DNA of 62,550 nt, counting the filler. It is 7 parts of 7 records of this genome, joined end to end, with 100 filler letters (N's around TTAATTAATTAA, not from the genome) between each part and the next. Parts side by side here need not be neighbours in the genome. Positions count along the whole stretch, not along the records: positions 44,516 to 49,927 come from SRR20825019_2552; positions 50,028 to 62,550 come from SRR20825019_2553; 5 more parts are not named here. One strand, written 5' to 3'. Of this stretch, positions 45,646-57,078 are shown in pieces. Under the pieces are notes generated by a model, which worked only from the letters and a program-made list of their open reading frames with translations, had not been told where the DNA came from and ran no database searches. Position 1 is the first letter of the stretch; the number at the start of each line of letters is the position of its first letter. The translations under genes and the position numbers were made by a program.

Positions 45646-46341
45646 CTAGCAATTCCCGCACTTTTTCTTTGCGGGCTCGTTATCACCCTTTGGCTGTAGG
45701 CCGGCCTTCTTCGGACCACCTCTCGCACTTCCCACCGAGGTCGCTCTAAGTTCATTATTTGCCTTCTTGTTGCCCATGGCGTACCGACACAACACCTCAA
45801 AGGCGTTGTCGATACCCTCCCCGTTGGCAGCACTGGCCTCGAAGAACAGTGGTACGCCCCTCCTCTTGGCGAATGTGGATCCCTCTTGGGTCGATATGCA
45901 CCCGTTCTTGTCGGACTTGAGGTCGGCCTTATTCCCCACCACCGCCAAGGCTACTCCCATGGGGCATAGGTCCCTAGCCTCGGTGATGTAGTGGTCCAAC
46001 TCCTGCATCGAGTTGGGGTTAGTACAATCGTATACCAACACTACACCGTCGGCCTGTCGGTAATACGGCTTAGACACCACCCGGAACTGCTCCTGCCCGG
46101 CCGTATCCCACACATGTAGCCTCACGTCATTACCATCCATTGCAACATCTCTATACTTGAAGTCTACGCCGATGGTAGCACTGGTATTCTTAGTAAAACG
46201 ACCATCACAGAAACGATTAAGAATGGACGTCTTTCCCACTCCACATTCACCAAGTAAAATAAACTTCACCATTGTTTTAGTAGGGCCGGCATTGAGCGAG
46301 TGGGAACCTCTAGGAGCGTCCCATTTCCCTCCGTTCTTCAT
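45646..46341 (-). CDS. Rab-family small GTPase
   Basis: GECGVGKTS, TIGVDF, WDTAGQE, NKAD, EASA, C-terminal CGNC. Confidence 0.95.
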   Translation of the reverse strand: MKNGGKWDAPRGSHSLNAGPTKTMVKFILLGECGVGKTSILNRFCDGRFTKNTSATIGVDFKYRDVAMDGNDVRLHVWDTAGQEQFRVVSKPYYRQADGVVLVYDCTNPNSMQELDHYITEARDLCPMGVALAVVGNKADLKSDKNGCISTQEGSTFAKRRGVPLFFEASAANGEGIDNAFEVLCRYAMGNKKANNELRATSVGSARGGPKKAGLQPKGDNEPAKKKCGNC

Positions 46342-46622
46342 GCGCTATAAATTGTAAGACAAGAAAAGTGGAGAAGGAGTGAGAAATAAAAGTGTGCAGC
46401 AAATAATCAAATAAATAAAACAGGGGACTAGAATCGGGAGTATGTACCCAACCTGCCCACCACACCATTGTAGATCAAATCCCGCCTACAAATGCAAACA
46501 GTTAGAAGTGTGAAGTGTCCGGTACAATAAAATATATCTTGGTGAGTGCAAAGCGTTCTCTAGGGTGGGTGTACTGACCAATATGGCGCGCACACGTTGG
46601 TGCGCACGTGTCATCATATAAC

Positions 46623-47699
46623 CTAGTACTCAGGGTTGCTGAGGTCGCAGTTGGGGGAAAGGGTGAACTCTCCGGGGCCGTCAATCTCTCCGTCCTTCCA
46701 GTTTCCGCGGAAGGTAGAGCCGTCCTTGAGGATCATGAGGCCCTGGCCGTTCTTGACACCACCGGCCCATCCGCCCTCGTACTTGGAGCCGTCGGGAAGG
46801 AAGAGGGAACCCTCTCCGTCGCGACGATCCTGGATCCAGTAGCCCTCGTAGCGGCAACCGTTGCTGTATACCATAACACCGTATCCGGTGGCGCAGTCGG
46901 CCTGCCAGTCACCCTCGTAGGTGTCACCGTTGGAGTAGCTGAGGGTTCCCTGGCCCTCCTTCTTGCCCTGGTTCCACTCACCAACGTACTTGTCGCCCTG
47001 GAGGTAAGTCAGGGTACCACGGCCGTGGGCCTTATCCTCCTGCCAGTAGCCCTCGTAGCGCTCTCCGTTGACGTACACGAGCACACCGTAGCCCTCCTTG
47101 ACGTCGTTCTTCCACTCTCCGTCGTACTTGTTGCCGTTGGGGAAGATGTAAACACCCTTGCCGTCCATGGTGCCGTCGAGCCACTCGCCCTCGTAAACAC
47201 CGCCGTCGGCGTAGTGGTACTTACCCCAGCCGTGCATCTTACCCTCAACCCAGTCTCCCTCGTACTTCTCGGCGACTGAACCATCGGGGTCAACGTAGGT
47301 GACGGAACCCTTTCCGTGGCGCTTGTCCTCCTTCCACTCACCATCGTAGGTATCTCCGTTAGAGTAGAAGTACTTACCCTTGCCGTGCATGCGGCCGTCC
47401 TTCCAGTCGCCCTCGTAACGGTCGCCGTCGTTGTAGTAGAGGGTACCCTTGCCGTTGATGCGGCCGAAGTGCCACTCACCAGTGTAACGGTTGCCGCTAG
47501 CGTAGTGGCAAGTACCCTGGCCGTGGACCTTATCCTCAACCCACTCTCCCTCGTAGCGGGAGCCATCGGCGTAGGTGTAGACACCCTCTCCGTGACGCTT
47601 TCCGAAGACCCAGTCACCCTCGTACTTCTCGCGGTTAGGGTAGACCAGGGATCCACGGCCGTGCATCTGGCCGTTCTCGATCTCTCCGGTGTACATCAT
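46623..47699 (-). CDS. MORN1: MORN-repeat protein 1
   Basis: 358 aa made almost entirely of YEGxW..G..HG.G MORN repeats; length and N-terminus match trypanosomatid MORN1. Confidence 0.9.
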   Translation of the reverse strand: MMYTGEIENGQMHGRGSLVYPNREKYEGDWVFGKRHGEGVYTYADGSRYEGEWVEDKVHGQGTCHYASGNRYTGEWHFGRINGKGTLYYNDGDRYEGDWKDGRMHGKGKYFYSNGDTYDGEWKEDKRHGKGSVTYVDPDGSVAEKYEGDWVEGKMHGWGKYHYADGGVYEGEWLDGTMDGKGVYIFPNGNKYDGEWKNDVKEGYGVLVYVNGERYEGYWQEDKAHGRGTLTYLQGDKYVGEWNQGKKEGQGTLSYSNGDTYEGDWQADCATGYGVMVYSNGCRYEGYWIQDRRDGEGSLFLPDGSKYEGGWAGGVKNGQGLMILKDGSTFRGNWKDGEIDGPGEFTLSPNCDLSNPEY

Positions 47700-47865
47700 C
47701 TTTAAGGTGGTTGTCTATTCTTTAATTGAAACGGTGAGGGACGAAAACATTGAAAATCACAAAACGGCATAAATTTGGCAATACAGTTAAACCATCCCGC
47801 ATCCATGTGCGGCAATGAAGTTTTGGAGTTCATAGGGTATCTAAATATAAGGTGTGTACAACGGT

Positions 47866-49767
47866 CTATTGGTATGAAGAGAAGCGCTTAGGGTGTCGCC
47901 TGGGCCCCTCTAAGGTGTTGAGGTCCTGCAACTTCCCGTTTCGGGTTTTGAATGTATGTTTGCGAATCATCTCGTTCTCCTTGGTGATAACCGCATTGGT
48001 GCTGCGAAGCTGTTCGAATGCACCCCGTAGTGCCGATAGTTGGCGGTTCTGGATCAGGATGGTGCTGCGTAGCTCCTCCTCCCTCTTATGCTGATCACAG
48101 GTCGTCGTACCAAGGGCCTCCTTCTTGGCCTTGAGCTCCCTAAACTTGTTAGTAAGGGCATGTAGGGCATCCTCAGCGGACTGAGAGTTCCTGCTGATCT
48201 CGTCCCGCTCGTCGATCAGCATCTTGATCTTAGTACCGTCGACCTGAATCCTGTCGTCGAAGGCCTTCAGCAGCCGCTCGTGCTTGTGGCGCAGCTCGGA
48301 TTCAAACTCGCTTGACTCCTTGAGGGACTGAGATATCTCGGAGTTGGTAGACTGCAGGGCACGACGCTCCTCCCTAAGACGTGAAGAGACAGTCATGTGC
48401 TCCTTCACTGACAGTTGGAGGTCGGCGATGATGGTATTCTTGCCCGACACCTCCTCTACATGCTCCTGCTCGCGACGACGGAGTTTTGTCTCTAAATCCT
48501 CAATCTGCTCGGCAACCTTCTGGGTGGCAATCAACTTCTCGTGGAGCACCTCCACCTCGGTCTGGAGGCGAATCTCTAGTTGCTCGTTCTTATCACTTAG
48601 CTCGCCCATCTTCGATGAGTAGTGCTCCCGGATGGAGGTGAGGTTGGACTCGTATTCGGTGGATAGGCTTAGCATAGACCGCTCCTTGTCAGCAACCTCC
48701 GACTGAAGGGCATCCACACTACCCTCAAGGGACGCAACACGGCTCCTTAGCTCACTGGCATGGGCGGTGGTGGAGGCAAGCTCGCGGTTAGCCCCTTGAG
48801 CCGCGCGGCTAAGGGTAGAGACTTCGTCTTGGAGGGACTTGTTCTCGTTGAGGGTGCGAGTCAGCTCGGTGTTGAGGGCCTGGGACTGCTTGGAAAAGTC
48901 AGCAGCAGAAGTCTGGGCAGCCGCCAAAGCAGATTTGAGAGCTGCGATCTCGGTCTCGTACTCCCCCTTGGCTTTGAGGGCCTCCTTAGCAGCGGTGGAC
49001 TGGTTATCTTGCACCATCTCTTCGGCGTTGATTGCCCGCTGCTTCCAGTCGCTTACCTCGGTGTAGAGCTGGTCTATCTCCTCCCGGACACTATCGAGCT
49101 CCTTCTCCATAGACACCTTAATTCGAGTGAAGTCCTTGGCAGCATCGTCCTTGGAGGACGTCTCCCTCTCAAGGGCATTGACGAAGTCCTGGAGCTTGGA
49201 GGTCTCCTCCTCGGCCAATTGGCGCCCCTCAGTAAGAATTACGACGTGCTCCTCCAGATCGGATACCCTGCTCTTAAAGCGGGATAAGTCAGACTCTAAA
49301 GATGTTCGCTGACTACGCCCCTGCTTATCGGCGCTCTCTGCCTCTGCGAGTTGGGATCGTAGGGAATCAATTGTAGAGAGGGAATCTTGGAGGGTTCTAC
49401 CCTCCTTGGTGAGGGAGGTAGTGAGAGTATCGACCTCAGACCGAGCAACATCCAGTGCTGAGTTGGCCGCCCTTAGCGACTCATCCAGACCCTCCACTCG
49501 ACGCTCTAGTCGAGAGGTGGTTTGGCGCTCGGCATCAAAGTTAGCCCGTACCCTCTTCAGGTCTTGCTCCAGGCCGTCGATAAAGGACTCCTTTCCCTGC
49601 TTGGCCGATGCAAGTGCCTCCTCGGACCGCTCCAACTCCCTCCTCAACGATGATGTCTTCTCCTCTAGTCGGGTGCGCTCGGTGGCATCTACCCGCATCT
49701 TCTCACGGAGCTCGTCATTTACCTTTACATACTCAGCAATGAGCTCAAAGGCCTCGGCGTCGGACAT
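47866..49767 (-). CDS. Long coiled-coil protein
   Basis: 633-aa E/L/S/K-rich heptad ORF. Confidence 0.8.
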   Translation of the reverse strand: MSDAEAFELIAEYVKVNDELREKMRVDATERTRLEEKTSSLRRELERSEEALASAKQGKESFIDGLEQDLKRVRANFDAERQTTSRLERRVEGLDESLRAANSALDVARSEVDTLTTSLTKEGRTLQDSLSTIDSLRSQLAEAESADKQGRSQRTSLESDLSRFKSRVSDLEEHVVILTEGRQLAEEETSKLQDFVNALERETSSKDDAAKDFTRIKVSMEKELDSVREEIDQLYTEVSDWKQRAINAEEMVQDNQSTAAKEALKAKGEYETEIAALKSALAAAQTSAADFSKQSQALNTELTRTLNENKSLQDEVSTLSRAAQGANRELASTTAHASELRSRVASLEGSVDALQSEVADKERSMLSLSTEYESNLTSIREHYSSKMGELSDKNEQLEIRLQTEVEVLHEKLIATQKVAEQIEDLETKLRRREQEHVEEVSGKNTIIADLQLSVKEHMTVSSRLREERRALQSTNSEISQSLKESSEFESELRHKHERLLKAFDDRIQVDGTKIKMLIDERDEISRNSQSAEDALHALTNKFRELKAKKEALGTTTCDQHKREEELRSTILIQNRQLSALRGAFEQLRSTNAVITKENEMIRKHTFKTRNGKLQDLNTLEGPRRHPKRFSSYQ

Positions 49768-49927
49768 GGTATGCTAAGGAGGAAAAGTCATTATAAATTC
49801 AAACAAGGGCCTCATACGCACCACGCAACAATCAATAAATTAGTAAATCAACAAAAGAGTTGGGGACACATTGTAACTACATACCGTTTAGTTCTTTCCG
49901 GCGACGAAACGCTGCTTGGAGGTGTAG

Positions 49928-50027
49928 NNNNNNNNNNNNNNNNNNNNNNNNNNNNNNNNNNNNNNNNNNNNTTAATTAATTAANNNNNNNNNNNNNNNNN
50001 NNNNNNNNNNNNNNNNNNNNNNNNNNN
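49928..50027. other. Artificial contig spacer
   Basis: N44-TTAATTAATTAA-N44. Confidence 0.99.
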
Positions 50028-51112
50028 GGGGGGCAAGGAGGACAACGAGTTCAACATTCCATTTCGATCCCAGAAGTACATCCAAGGAAGATCGCACTGC
50101 TGGATCGTGAGTCTTTCGAAGGCTTGTTCAGTCCACTTCGAGTGAAGGGTCAGGTGTCACCAGCGGACTACCAACGGTACGGAGTTGGGTTATGACTGAT
50201 TTTGAATAAATCAATTGATAGTTTAGCATGTTGGGCGGTATTGATTGACGCACGCGCCGGGGAGCCTGCGTGCGCTGACACGTGCCGCAACGGACGCGCG
50301 GTCAGGCCCCCGTCCGGTGGCACGTGTCAGTCAGGTCAGGCCGGGTCGCCAGCCGGTCGGCCAGTCCCGCGACGAACAGCCGCGGGGCCCGTCCAATCCG
50401 TCCGGTCGTCCGCCGGGGCCGTCCGGCGTCATGCAACCAGCTCACGGCACGGCACGGCCGGCAGGGCAGCCTCTGGGCTCCGAGTGAAGGATCTCGTCAG
50501 TGCGGGTGCGAGTCCGATTGGTTTGTCCGGCGGGTGCACCTCAGTGGTGACCGGCCCGAGCCAGCCGCAGTCGTGAGCCGTGCAACGAAACTTGAAATGT
50601 GGTTACGGTGCCGCCCGGCCACGGTGGCCGTGCCACGCCGGCGGGGCCGCGCCATTGGCGAGAGCGGGACGGTCCGGCAGGATCGCGGTCGGGCGTTGTC
50701 AACCCGCGACCGCCGCAGGCCATCCTGCCGAGCGCGGCAGCCGGCATGGGGCGGGCGGGGCCGCGTTCCAGTTCTGGCGCGGCTCCTCCGCCGCCGGCTG
50801 CTGCGCGGTCGTCGGCACGTCTCTCATGCCTCGGTTAGACTGTCGTGACTCACACTCACGGCCGTGAACCGCACTGTCCGAGCCGAACGCGGGGCTGCGC
50901 TTGGTGTTCGAGCCGAACGTGGGGCTGTGGTTGGTGCTCGAAGGGAAAGTCAACGCAGCTGTTTTGATGGACAGGACTATGACGCGGAGAGGGCCGGGCC
51001 TGACTCCAGCAACGACCCGGACCGGTTCCGCGCGCCCTACCCACGATGTCGCCCTCAGGTGCTCCACAGCCCTGAAGCGAGTTTGGACCTGAGCAATGTA
51101 TTTTGTAGATAT

Positions 51113-52906
51113 ATGTATAAGACAGGCGCAAGTGCGCAACCACAACTGGAAATGTCGCCGCCGACACCACCGCAATATAGCGAGTGGAAGCCGGAGGTGC
51201 AAAGAGCCTGGGACCAGTTTGATGACGACCCTAGCCAGTTCTATTTTTTGCAAAACCATCCTGCGCAGAAGAACCGAGTTGGCCCCTGGGCTGCACGCGA
51301 GGTCAAGCATTTGATCGGCCTCTTCGATTTTTGTGGCGGCGAGTTTGACAAGGTGAACTGGGGCACCCTCGGCAGCATGATGCCTGGGAGGATAGGAAAG
51401 GCCTGTCGTGACAAGATGGAGTTGCTCATTAGAGAGGGTGTCGTACAGCACAATGGAACAGTGAATGGCAAGAAGTTGAATACGGATACTGACCGGATTA
51501 GCCCAAAGCGGACTCGATTCGAAGAGCCCAGACCGGCGAGTGTAAATGGTGGTACCAATGGAGCACAGCAGAGCAAAGAGCCTGACAGTGGAGGTGTGGC
51601 GAGCGTGCCTACCGCCGCCGAGCTGCTAGACATTGAGGAATCGAAGGAGAAAGTCAGGCAGAGAGATTTGGTAATAAGTCATCAGCGAGTGAGAATAGCG
51701 GAGCTGGAAGGACACGTGCTGGAGTTGACAGTTGCTTTGGCGGGGTATCGTGGCGAGGCTTTACAGGCCGGAGGTGCGGAGCCGCGGAAAGAGAACGGCG
51801 GTGCGGCACAGGCAGAGCAAGTGAATGCGGAGGTGGTGATTACGGAAGAGAAGAAGGCGGGTGCGGCCAATGGAAAGGAAGGCGATGACTTGAGTGAGAG
51901 TCTTAGGTCTAGTGATAAAGACGAGAAGAAGGACTCAGCGAAGGGCGTCGACGGAGGTGACAGCTCATCTGCGCTTGAGATGAGTGCCAACAGCACCGCT
52001 CAGACACCGACATCCTCAACAGAACGGCCAGCCTCACAAGATAAGCAAAGGAAGATTTCAGAGCCCGACGACCCGGTGTTGCCCAAGCCGCGGCAGAAAC
52101 AACGTATCGCTACTGCCAAAAAGACTGTCTCACCGGCTTCTGCAAAATTGGCACCGATCACGAAACATCGGCCCATCGCGGTGGCTCGTAAAACGGTGAG
52201 CAGTTTGAGCAGCCTGAAACCAAAACCCTCAGCGGCCAAGGGCGCTAGTGCAGTGAAGAAGTCGCAGTTCGCGCCTGTGGCGGCTCCGAGTGATAAAAAG
52301 TCGCCTTCTAAAGGGGATGGGGGTGCGGGCCGGCGAGGGGCCAACACCCGCTCTTCAAGGAAGAATGGTGAAGAAGGCAGTGATGATGAGTTGAGGGATG
52401 CCGACTTTGAGTATGAAGATGTGGAGGAGGAAAATTACAACCATGATGTTCCTGACGAGCCTGAAAAATCCATTCACTCGGACTACGACGATGATGAAAA
52501 CGATGACGAGATCTCGAAAAAGAGGCCTGCTCCGGAGATGAAGCGAGCGGTGACTACCAAAACTGCGAAGAAAACGGTTTCGTCAGCGGCCCTGTCCCGC
52601 GCCACGAAGGCACTGCTTGGTGTGAAGACAGTCACCAGCGCAGCCCAGGCGGTGCGGGTCGGTGGTAGCGGCAATGTGGCCTCCAATGGCACTGTAGAGA
52701 AGACTCCTCAGGAGAAGCCTGATGTTGCCCTGTTGCCGCGGAAGGCTCCACAGCAGGTGTCTATGGCGGATCCTGGCCCGGTGGTCGCACGCAAGACTGT
52801 GAATCCGGCAACAAAGCGTCCAATCCCCTGGCTAGCACAGAAGACATCGGCTAAGGTCTTGAGGGCACGTGGGGTATTTCTCAGTGATTCCGAGGATGAT
52901 GACTAG
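51113..52906 (+). CDS. Myb/SANT-like domain protein with disordered basic tail (5' end uncertain; possible upstream exon)
   Basis: GPWAARE...NWGTLGSMMPGRIGKACRDK; coiled coil; repeated A[RK]KT motifs. Confidence 0.75.
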   Translation: MYKTGASAQPQLEMSPPTPPQYSEWKPEVQRAWDQFDDDPSQFYFLQNHPAQKNRVGPWAAREVKHLIGLFDFCGGEFDKVNWGTLGSMMPGRIGKACRDKMELLIREGVVQHNGTVNGKKLNTDTDRISPKRTRFEEPRPASVNGGTNGAQQSKEPDSGGVASVPTAAELLDIEESKEKVRQRDLVISHQRVRIAELEGHVLELTVALAGYRGEALQAGGAEPRKENGGAAQAEQVNAEVVITEEKKAGAANGKEGDDLSESLRSSDKDEKKDSAKGVDGGDSSSALEMSANSTAQTPTSSTERPASQDKQRKISEPDDPVLPKPRQKQRIATAKKTVSPASAKLAPITKHRPIAVARKTVSSLSSLKPKPSAAKGASAVKKSQFAPVAAPSDKKSPSKGDGGAGRRGANTRSSRKNGEEGSDDELRDADFEYEDVEEENYNHDVPDEPEKSIHSDYDDDENDDEISKKRPAPEMKRAVTTKTAKKTVSSAALSRATKALLGVKTVTSAAQAVRVGGSGNVASNGTVEKTPQEKPDVALLPRKAPQQVSMADPGPVVARKTVNPATKRPIPWLAQKTSAKVLRARGVFLSDSEDDD

Positions 52907-53122
52907 TCATTGTGGTCTTGTGCGAACAATGTGAACAATAAGTTTAGTCAGGTGGACACCCGTGTGAGTTGGCACCTTTCCCATAGTGCGATGAGAATGC
53001 GATCTCTAGGTAACCTCGTTTCCTTACCAATGACGTTTGTGGGACTGCAGTGTCAGTATTGCACAAATAAATCCGGTGCTCTGGTGAAGCTGTGTGGTGG
53101 TGCTGGATGTATCGTATTCTGT

Positions 53123-55147
53123 TCACACGTTTTCACCTGTAGCTGAGTCATCGTTGTTGTCGTCATCGCTGCCTGCCTCCGAGCTCTCCTCTGCGCTTTG
53201 ATCGTCACCATCATCATCATCTTGCCCTCCATCACCATCGTCCCATCCCGAATCCTCAGCCGTGCCTTGCCGGAGCAGTCCCATGAGCTTGCGCAGGCGC
53301 CTCAGATGACTGTGCCTACACCCTTCACCATAAGCAATGCTGTACTGCAGCCCCGCCGGAAGACCCAACACCGCAGTGGCCCAGAACACCAATTCCACGG
53401 GACTGGAAGGCAATTCACCAAGTTGCTCGGTCACATACTGTAGTCGTGCCCGAGGCAGCTGCCTAAGCAGCGAGCTGATCAGAGTGCGAAGTTCATCCTC
53501 CAGCCTCGCCGTCTCCTCCTGTTCCGCCTCCTGCTCCGTGGACTGGTCGTGAAGCCACTCCACGCGCGCGGTGGAGTAACCGTCCTTTGAATCCCAGGAT
53601 AAGACCTTGAACCTCCGCGATCCCACCGTCTCCAGCGCAGATCTCCCATCGTCCAATTGTTCAAACCTCGTGATGGTCAGCATTGTACCATACTGGGCGT
53701 TGTTGGACACTGCCATCCCAAACATTCGCTGACCAGAATCAAGGCACCGTCGCATCATGAGCCGGTACCTAGGCTCGAATATATGAAGAGGACATTTAAC
53801 CCCCGGGAGCCCCATGGTACACACGAACACTGGAACAGTGCATTCATCCGACCCGGATCCAGCCTCCGCTTCGTCCTCCTTGGCCCGCCGGCAGCGGGCG
53901 CCGTACTCATCTCCCAAATTGTGCAGCAACATCCGGTGAACACATTTGTTTAGAGATATCTGTGACCCTCCATGACTAAACATCTTACCCTTCAAGTTCG
54001 CGGCCGCCCGGGCCTGATAGTTTAGCCAGGATAAGTATGGCGCCAGTGACATTCGGCAGAGAGGACATGTCGGAACGATATCGAAGGCATTATCCAACAC
54101 TCGTGCAAGGCACCCACGACAGAAGGTGTGGCCGCACGGCGTGGTGGCGGGGTCGTGGAACAGATTGACACAAAGGGCGCACTCAGTCTTCTCACGGATA
54201 GCCGAGATGGATGATGCCGGCAGCTGGTTCTGTGTGACGGCGCTCGGAACAGCTTCTTCGAAGTCTGAACGGGCTTCCATCAACCTCGCCAGACCGGCTT
54301 CCAAGTGCTGGTCGAGCCATTTTGCCAAGCCCTCAACATTCGGACCACCTGAGCCCTTCATCACTGCTGCCAGGGCGTGAGCTAGTTCTGGGGGAGGCTT
54401 GACAGGGGTCCCAACGGCAGCTGTGCCTGGGGCCGGCACGGCGGAGTAAACAAGATCAACGATGGCATCCGCATGCTCGTCGCCTCGAAACCGGGCCTGC
54501 CCTCGCCTGTACAATGCCTTGGCCCAAAGGGAAGATCCCGGCCCCACCCAGGCCCGCCCCGGCGCACGGCTTGACATCGGAATCCTGCAGAGCTCGCACG
54601 CGGCCTCTGAGTCATCCAAGGCTCCTGTAACGTCTCCAGTCTTCAGCCGTGCCGCGGCGCGGTTACACCTCAACGCGACGTCACTCGCACAAAGACGAAT
54701 GGCAGTGCTGTATAGCTCACACGCCTCGGAATACTTGCCTTCCCTGAAGGCAGCATTGCCTTCATGACGCAGCCGCGCGCCGTCCAGCAGGGACCCGTGG
54801 CATAACGTAGTAAGCTCACTAAGAACCACGTCCAATGCCCCGCCGTATCCAACCTCCGCGGGTGCCTCTGCCGTGTCTGGCCTCTTAGAAACACAACCTT
54901 CACACACCGACACTCCGTCTCCCATCGTCACTGGCTTGTACAGCGTTGATGCGCATTGGGGGCACTGCAGTATCGCCTCTGGCGACAGCGCCGAAGTCTC
55001 GTGAATATCAGCAGCTGGTCCGGTCTCCAACCCATCAGCCATCTGGCTCGCACCCTCGACAGATGGAGCCAGTGCCGCTCCCAGTCGCACCTCAGCGGTG
55101 CGCAAGGCGTCGCTCAGAACAAGTGAGACCTCTTCCGAGAGTGGCAT
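53123..55147 (-). CDS. LON peptidase N-terminal domain and RING finger protein (LONRF-like) with TPRs
   Basis: TPR GNAAFREGKYSEA; RING CALC...PCGHTFCRGC...CPLC; LON domain LHIFEPRYRLMMRRC. Confidence 0.93.
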   Translation of the reverse strand: MPLSEEVSLVLSDALRTAEVRLGAALAPSVEGASQMADGLETGPAADIHETSALSPEAILQCPQCASTLYKPVTMGDGVSVCEGCVSKRPDTAEAPAEVGYGGALDVVLSELTTLCHGSLLDGARLRHEGNAAFREGKYSEACELYSTAIRLCASDVALRCNRAAARLKTGDVTGALDDSEAACELCRIPMSSRAPGRAWVGPGSSLWAKALYRRGQARFRGDEHADAIVDLVYSAVPAPGTAAVGTPVKPPPELAHALAAVMKGSGGPNVEGLAKWLDQHLEAGLARLMEARSDFEEAVPSAVTQNQLPASSISAIREKTECALCVNLFHDPATTPCGHTFCRGCLARVLDNAFDIVPTCPLCRMSLAPYLSWLNYQARAAANLKGKMFSHGGSQISLNKCVHRMLLHNLGDEYGARCRRAKEDEAEAGSGSDECTVPVFVCTMGLPGVKCPLHIFEPRYRLMMRRCLDSGQRMFGMAVSNNAQYGTMLTITRFEQLDDGRSALETVGSRRFKVLSWDSKDGYSTARVEWLHDQSTEQEAEQEETARLEDELRTLISSLLRQLPRARLQYVTEQLGELPSSPVELVFWATAVLGLPAGLQYSIAYGEGCRHSHLRRLRKLMGLLRQGTAEDSGWDDGDGGQDDDDGDDQSAEESSEAGSDDDNNDDSATGENV

Positions 55148-55867
55148 AACAGCCAAGAAGATTCACAAAAGTTGTACAAAGTACCTGGTGATATATATAT
55201 AAGCAATCCATAGTGCAGCAATGATCAGTGCGAAGGTGACTCACTAGAGTGTGATCGAGGTGGAGTGATGAGCTGGTTCCCCGGCGATCGCTGAGCCGTT
55301 GAACACTGACAGGACGAAAGTGGTCACGTCATGTCGATTGGTCAGGACCCGACGTGGATGCTCGCTGTGGAGGAATAAAGTTGATGTTGGTAAGCTAGAC
55401 GGCTGAACCGCCGGTCGTCGCAGGCAACAACAGTCCCCCGTCCGACGGAGCCACGCCGCATCAGTGTTCCAACTCACCGCGTCATGAGCTGCTAGGGGCC
55501 TCCTGCCCGGCCAGCAGGAGACGACCGGGGGAGCTGGCCGGGGGGTGCGCCGGGCGGGGACTCGGGGGCAGAAGCGGCGTGCCGCGCCCCGAGGGGCGCC
55601 CCACTGAGTGGCGCGCGCCCGCCGCTGAGCCCGGGGCCTCCGGATCTTCTCACTGGCTTTTGGTGGCATTGCTACTAAATATAGAAGCTGACGAAGGCTT
55701 TGATGACTTATCTTGGCAATCACTATAGTTCAATTGAAAATTTACATATCAATAATACATGAGCACTGGCCAAGTCATTACACGGCACTTCAAGTACTAG
55801 AGAAGCGCCCGGCGCACCCCACGCGCTATACACTGGCACCACTGCCCACAATGAACAAGGGCGCCAC

Positions 55868-57078
55868 TCACGCATGAGTGCTACTGAGCTTGGCCAGTGC
55901 TACGTCCAGCGCTGTTTCGGGAGTGGCGCGGACGTCGGGCTGCACCCCAATGACCTCCCAGTTATCCATCGTCGCGGGGTCGTGGGATGATCCGCACGGG
56001 ATCTGGATGCTGAAGCGGCCAAGGCTGCTGAATGGCTTCACAGGATGTGCTCCTGGCGACGACTATAGTTAGATATATACACAACCATCTTCAATTAGCA
56101 GAACTCACCTCCCCATGTTGGAGTGCCCACGATACTCGCACGCTTCTGTAACTGGAGATCGTAGCAGAGCTCCTCGCCGGCCGATGCTGTTTTCTTGGAT
56201 GCGAGTATATACACAGGCTTATGCGAGGCATAAGGCTTGCCCAAGACAGAGCCTGCTACACCTTCTGTTGTGGTGTAGTTGAAGTGACCGGGGACCCGGT
56301 AGTAAGTGTTGATCACGTGGGTGTTTGTCGGGAGAAAATAACCAATGAGGTGACGAACGGCATCGGGGTTTCCGCCCATATTGTCCCTCAGGTCCAGGAT
56401 AAGACCATCGCTGGACTCCACAGTAGCCATAGCATCCTTGTAGGCTCGCTTCAGGTCATCATCGAGCCCAGGGAAATGAGTGAGCTTGATGTAACCCACA
56501 GTATTCGCCGCCTGGATCAAGGTCACATTGGCAATGCCGGTCTTGGAGCTGTCGCCGGCCATCTTAGGAAGCTCCATAGGGTTCAACAATGCCCCACTCA
56601 GGCGGCCTCGAAGGGCTGTGAGAGCCTCCTTGGGGTCGTACTCATAGCACACTGACAAGTGCCTGTCATGGCAAGCCGCGAACAGTTCCCAGAATACCTT
56701 GTCAACAAACTCAAAACACCCGTGGCCTTCCTCGAATATTTTTCCGGACTCAAGCGCAGTCATCACCTGTTCTCGCATAGCGCGGGCCACGGTTGGGTAC
56801 ACATAGTTGTCAACCACCTGAGCCAGCATATCGTTCACTACATCAGTTGCGTCAGCGGTGCTTACGACACAGCCGGCACTCCTAGCGCGGAGAGTCGCGA
56901 TGGAGTCGGAGCCCATGTCTCCGATTTCCTTTGCTGAAAGCCATCCGGTGGAGTGTCTGCAATAGATGGACGGGACTGGGGCACCGAGTTCACCTTCGAT
57001 TTCAGTTCCTGCAAGCACTGTGTGGCCACTAAGCAACACAACTGCAACTAGAATATTCAGTGGGCGATAACCGTACAT
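55868..57078 (-). CDS. Secreted S41-family serine peptidase (IRBP-like), 2 exons
   Basis: DRHL, VGYIKL, ILDLRDNMGG, TASAGEE; removing intron 56053-56108 restores TWGGAHP and adds NWEVIGVQPD. Confidence 0.9.

Noticed and set aside
46608-47705. Periodic DNA and plus-strand ORFs resembling an array
   Set aside because: Explained by the 23-aa MORN repeats on the minus strand
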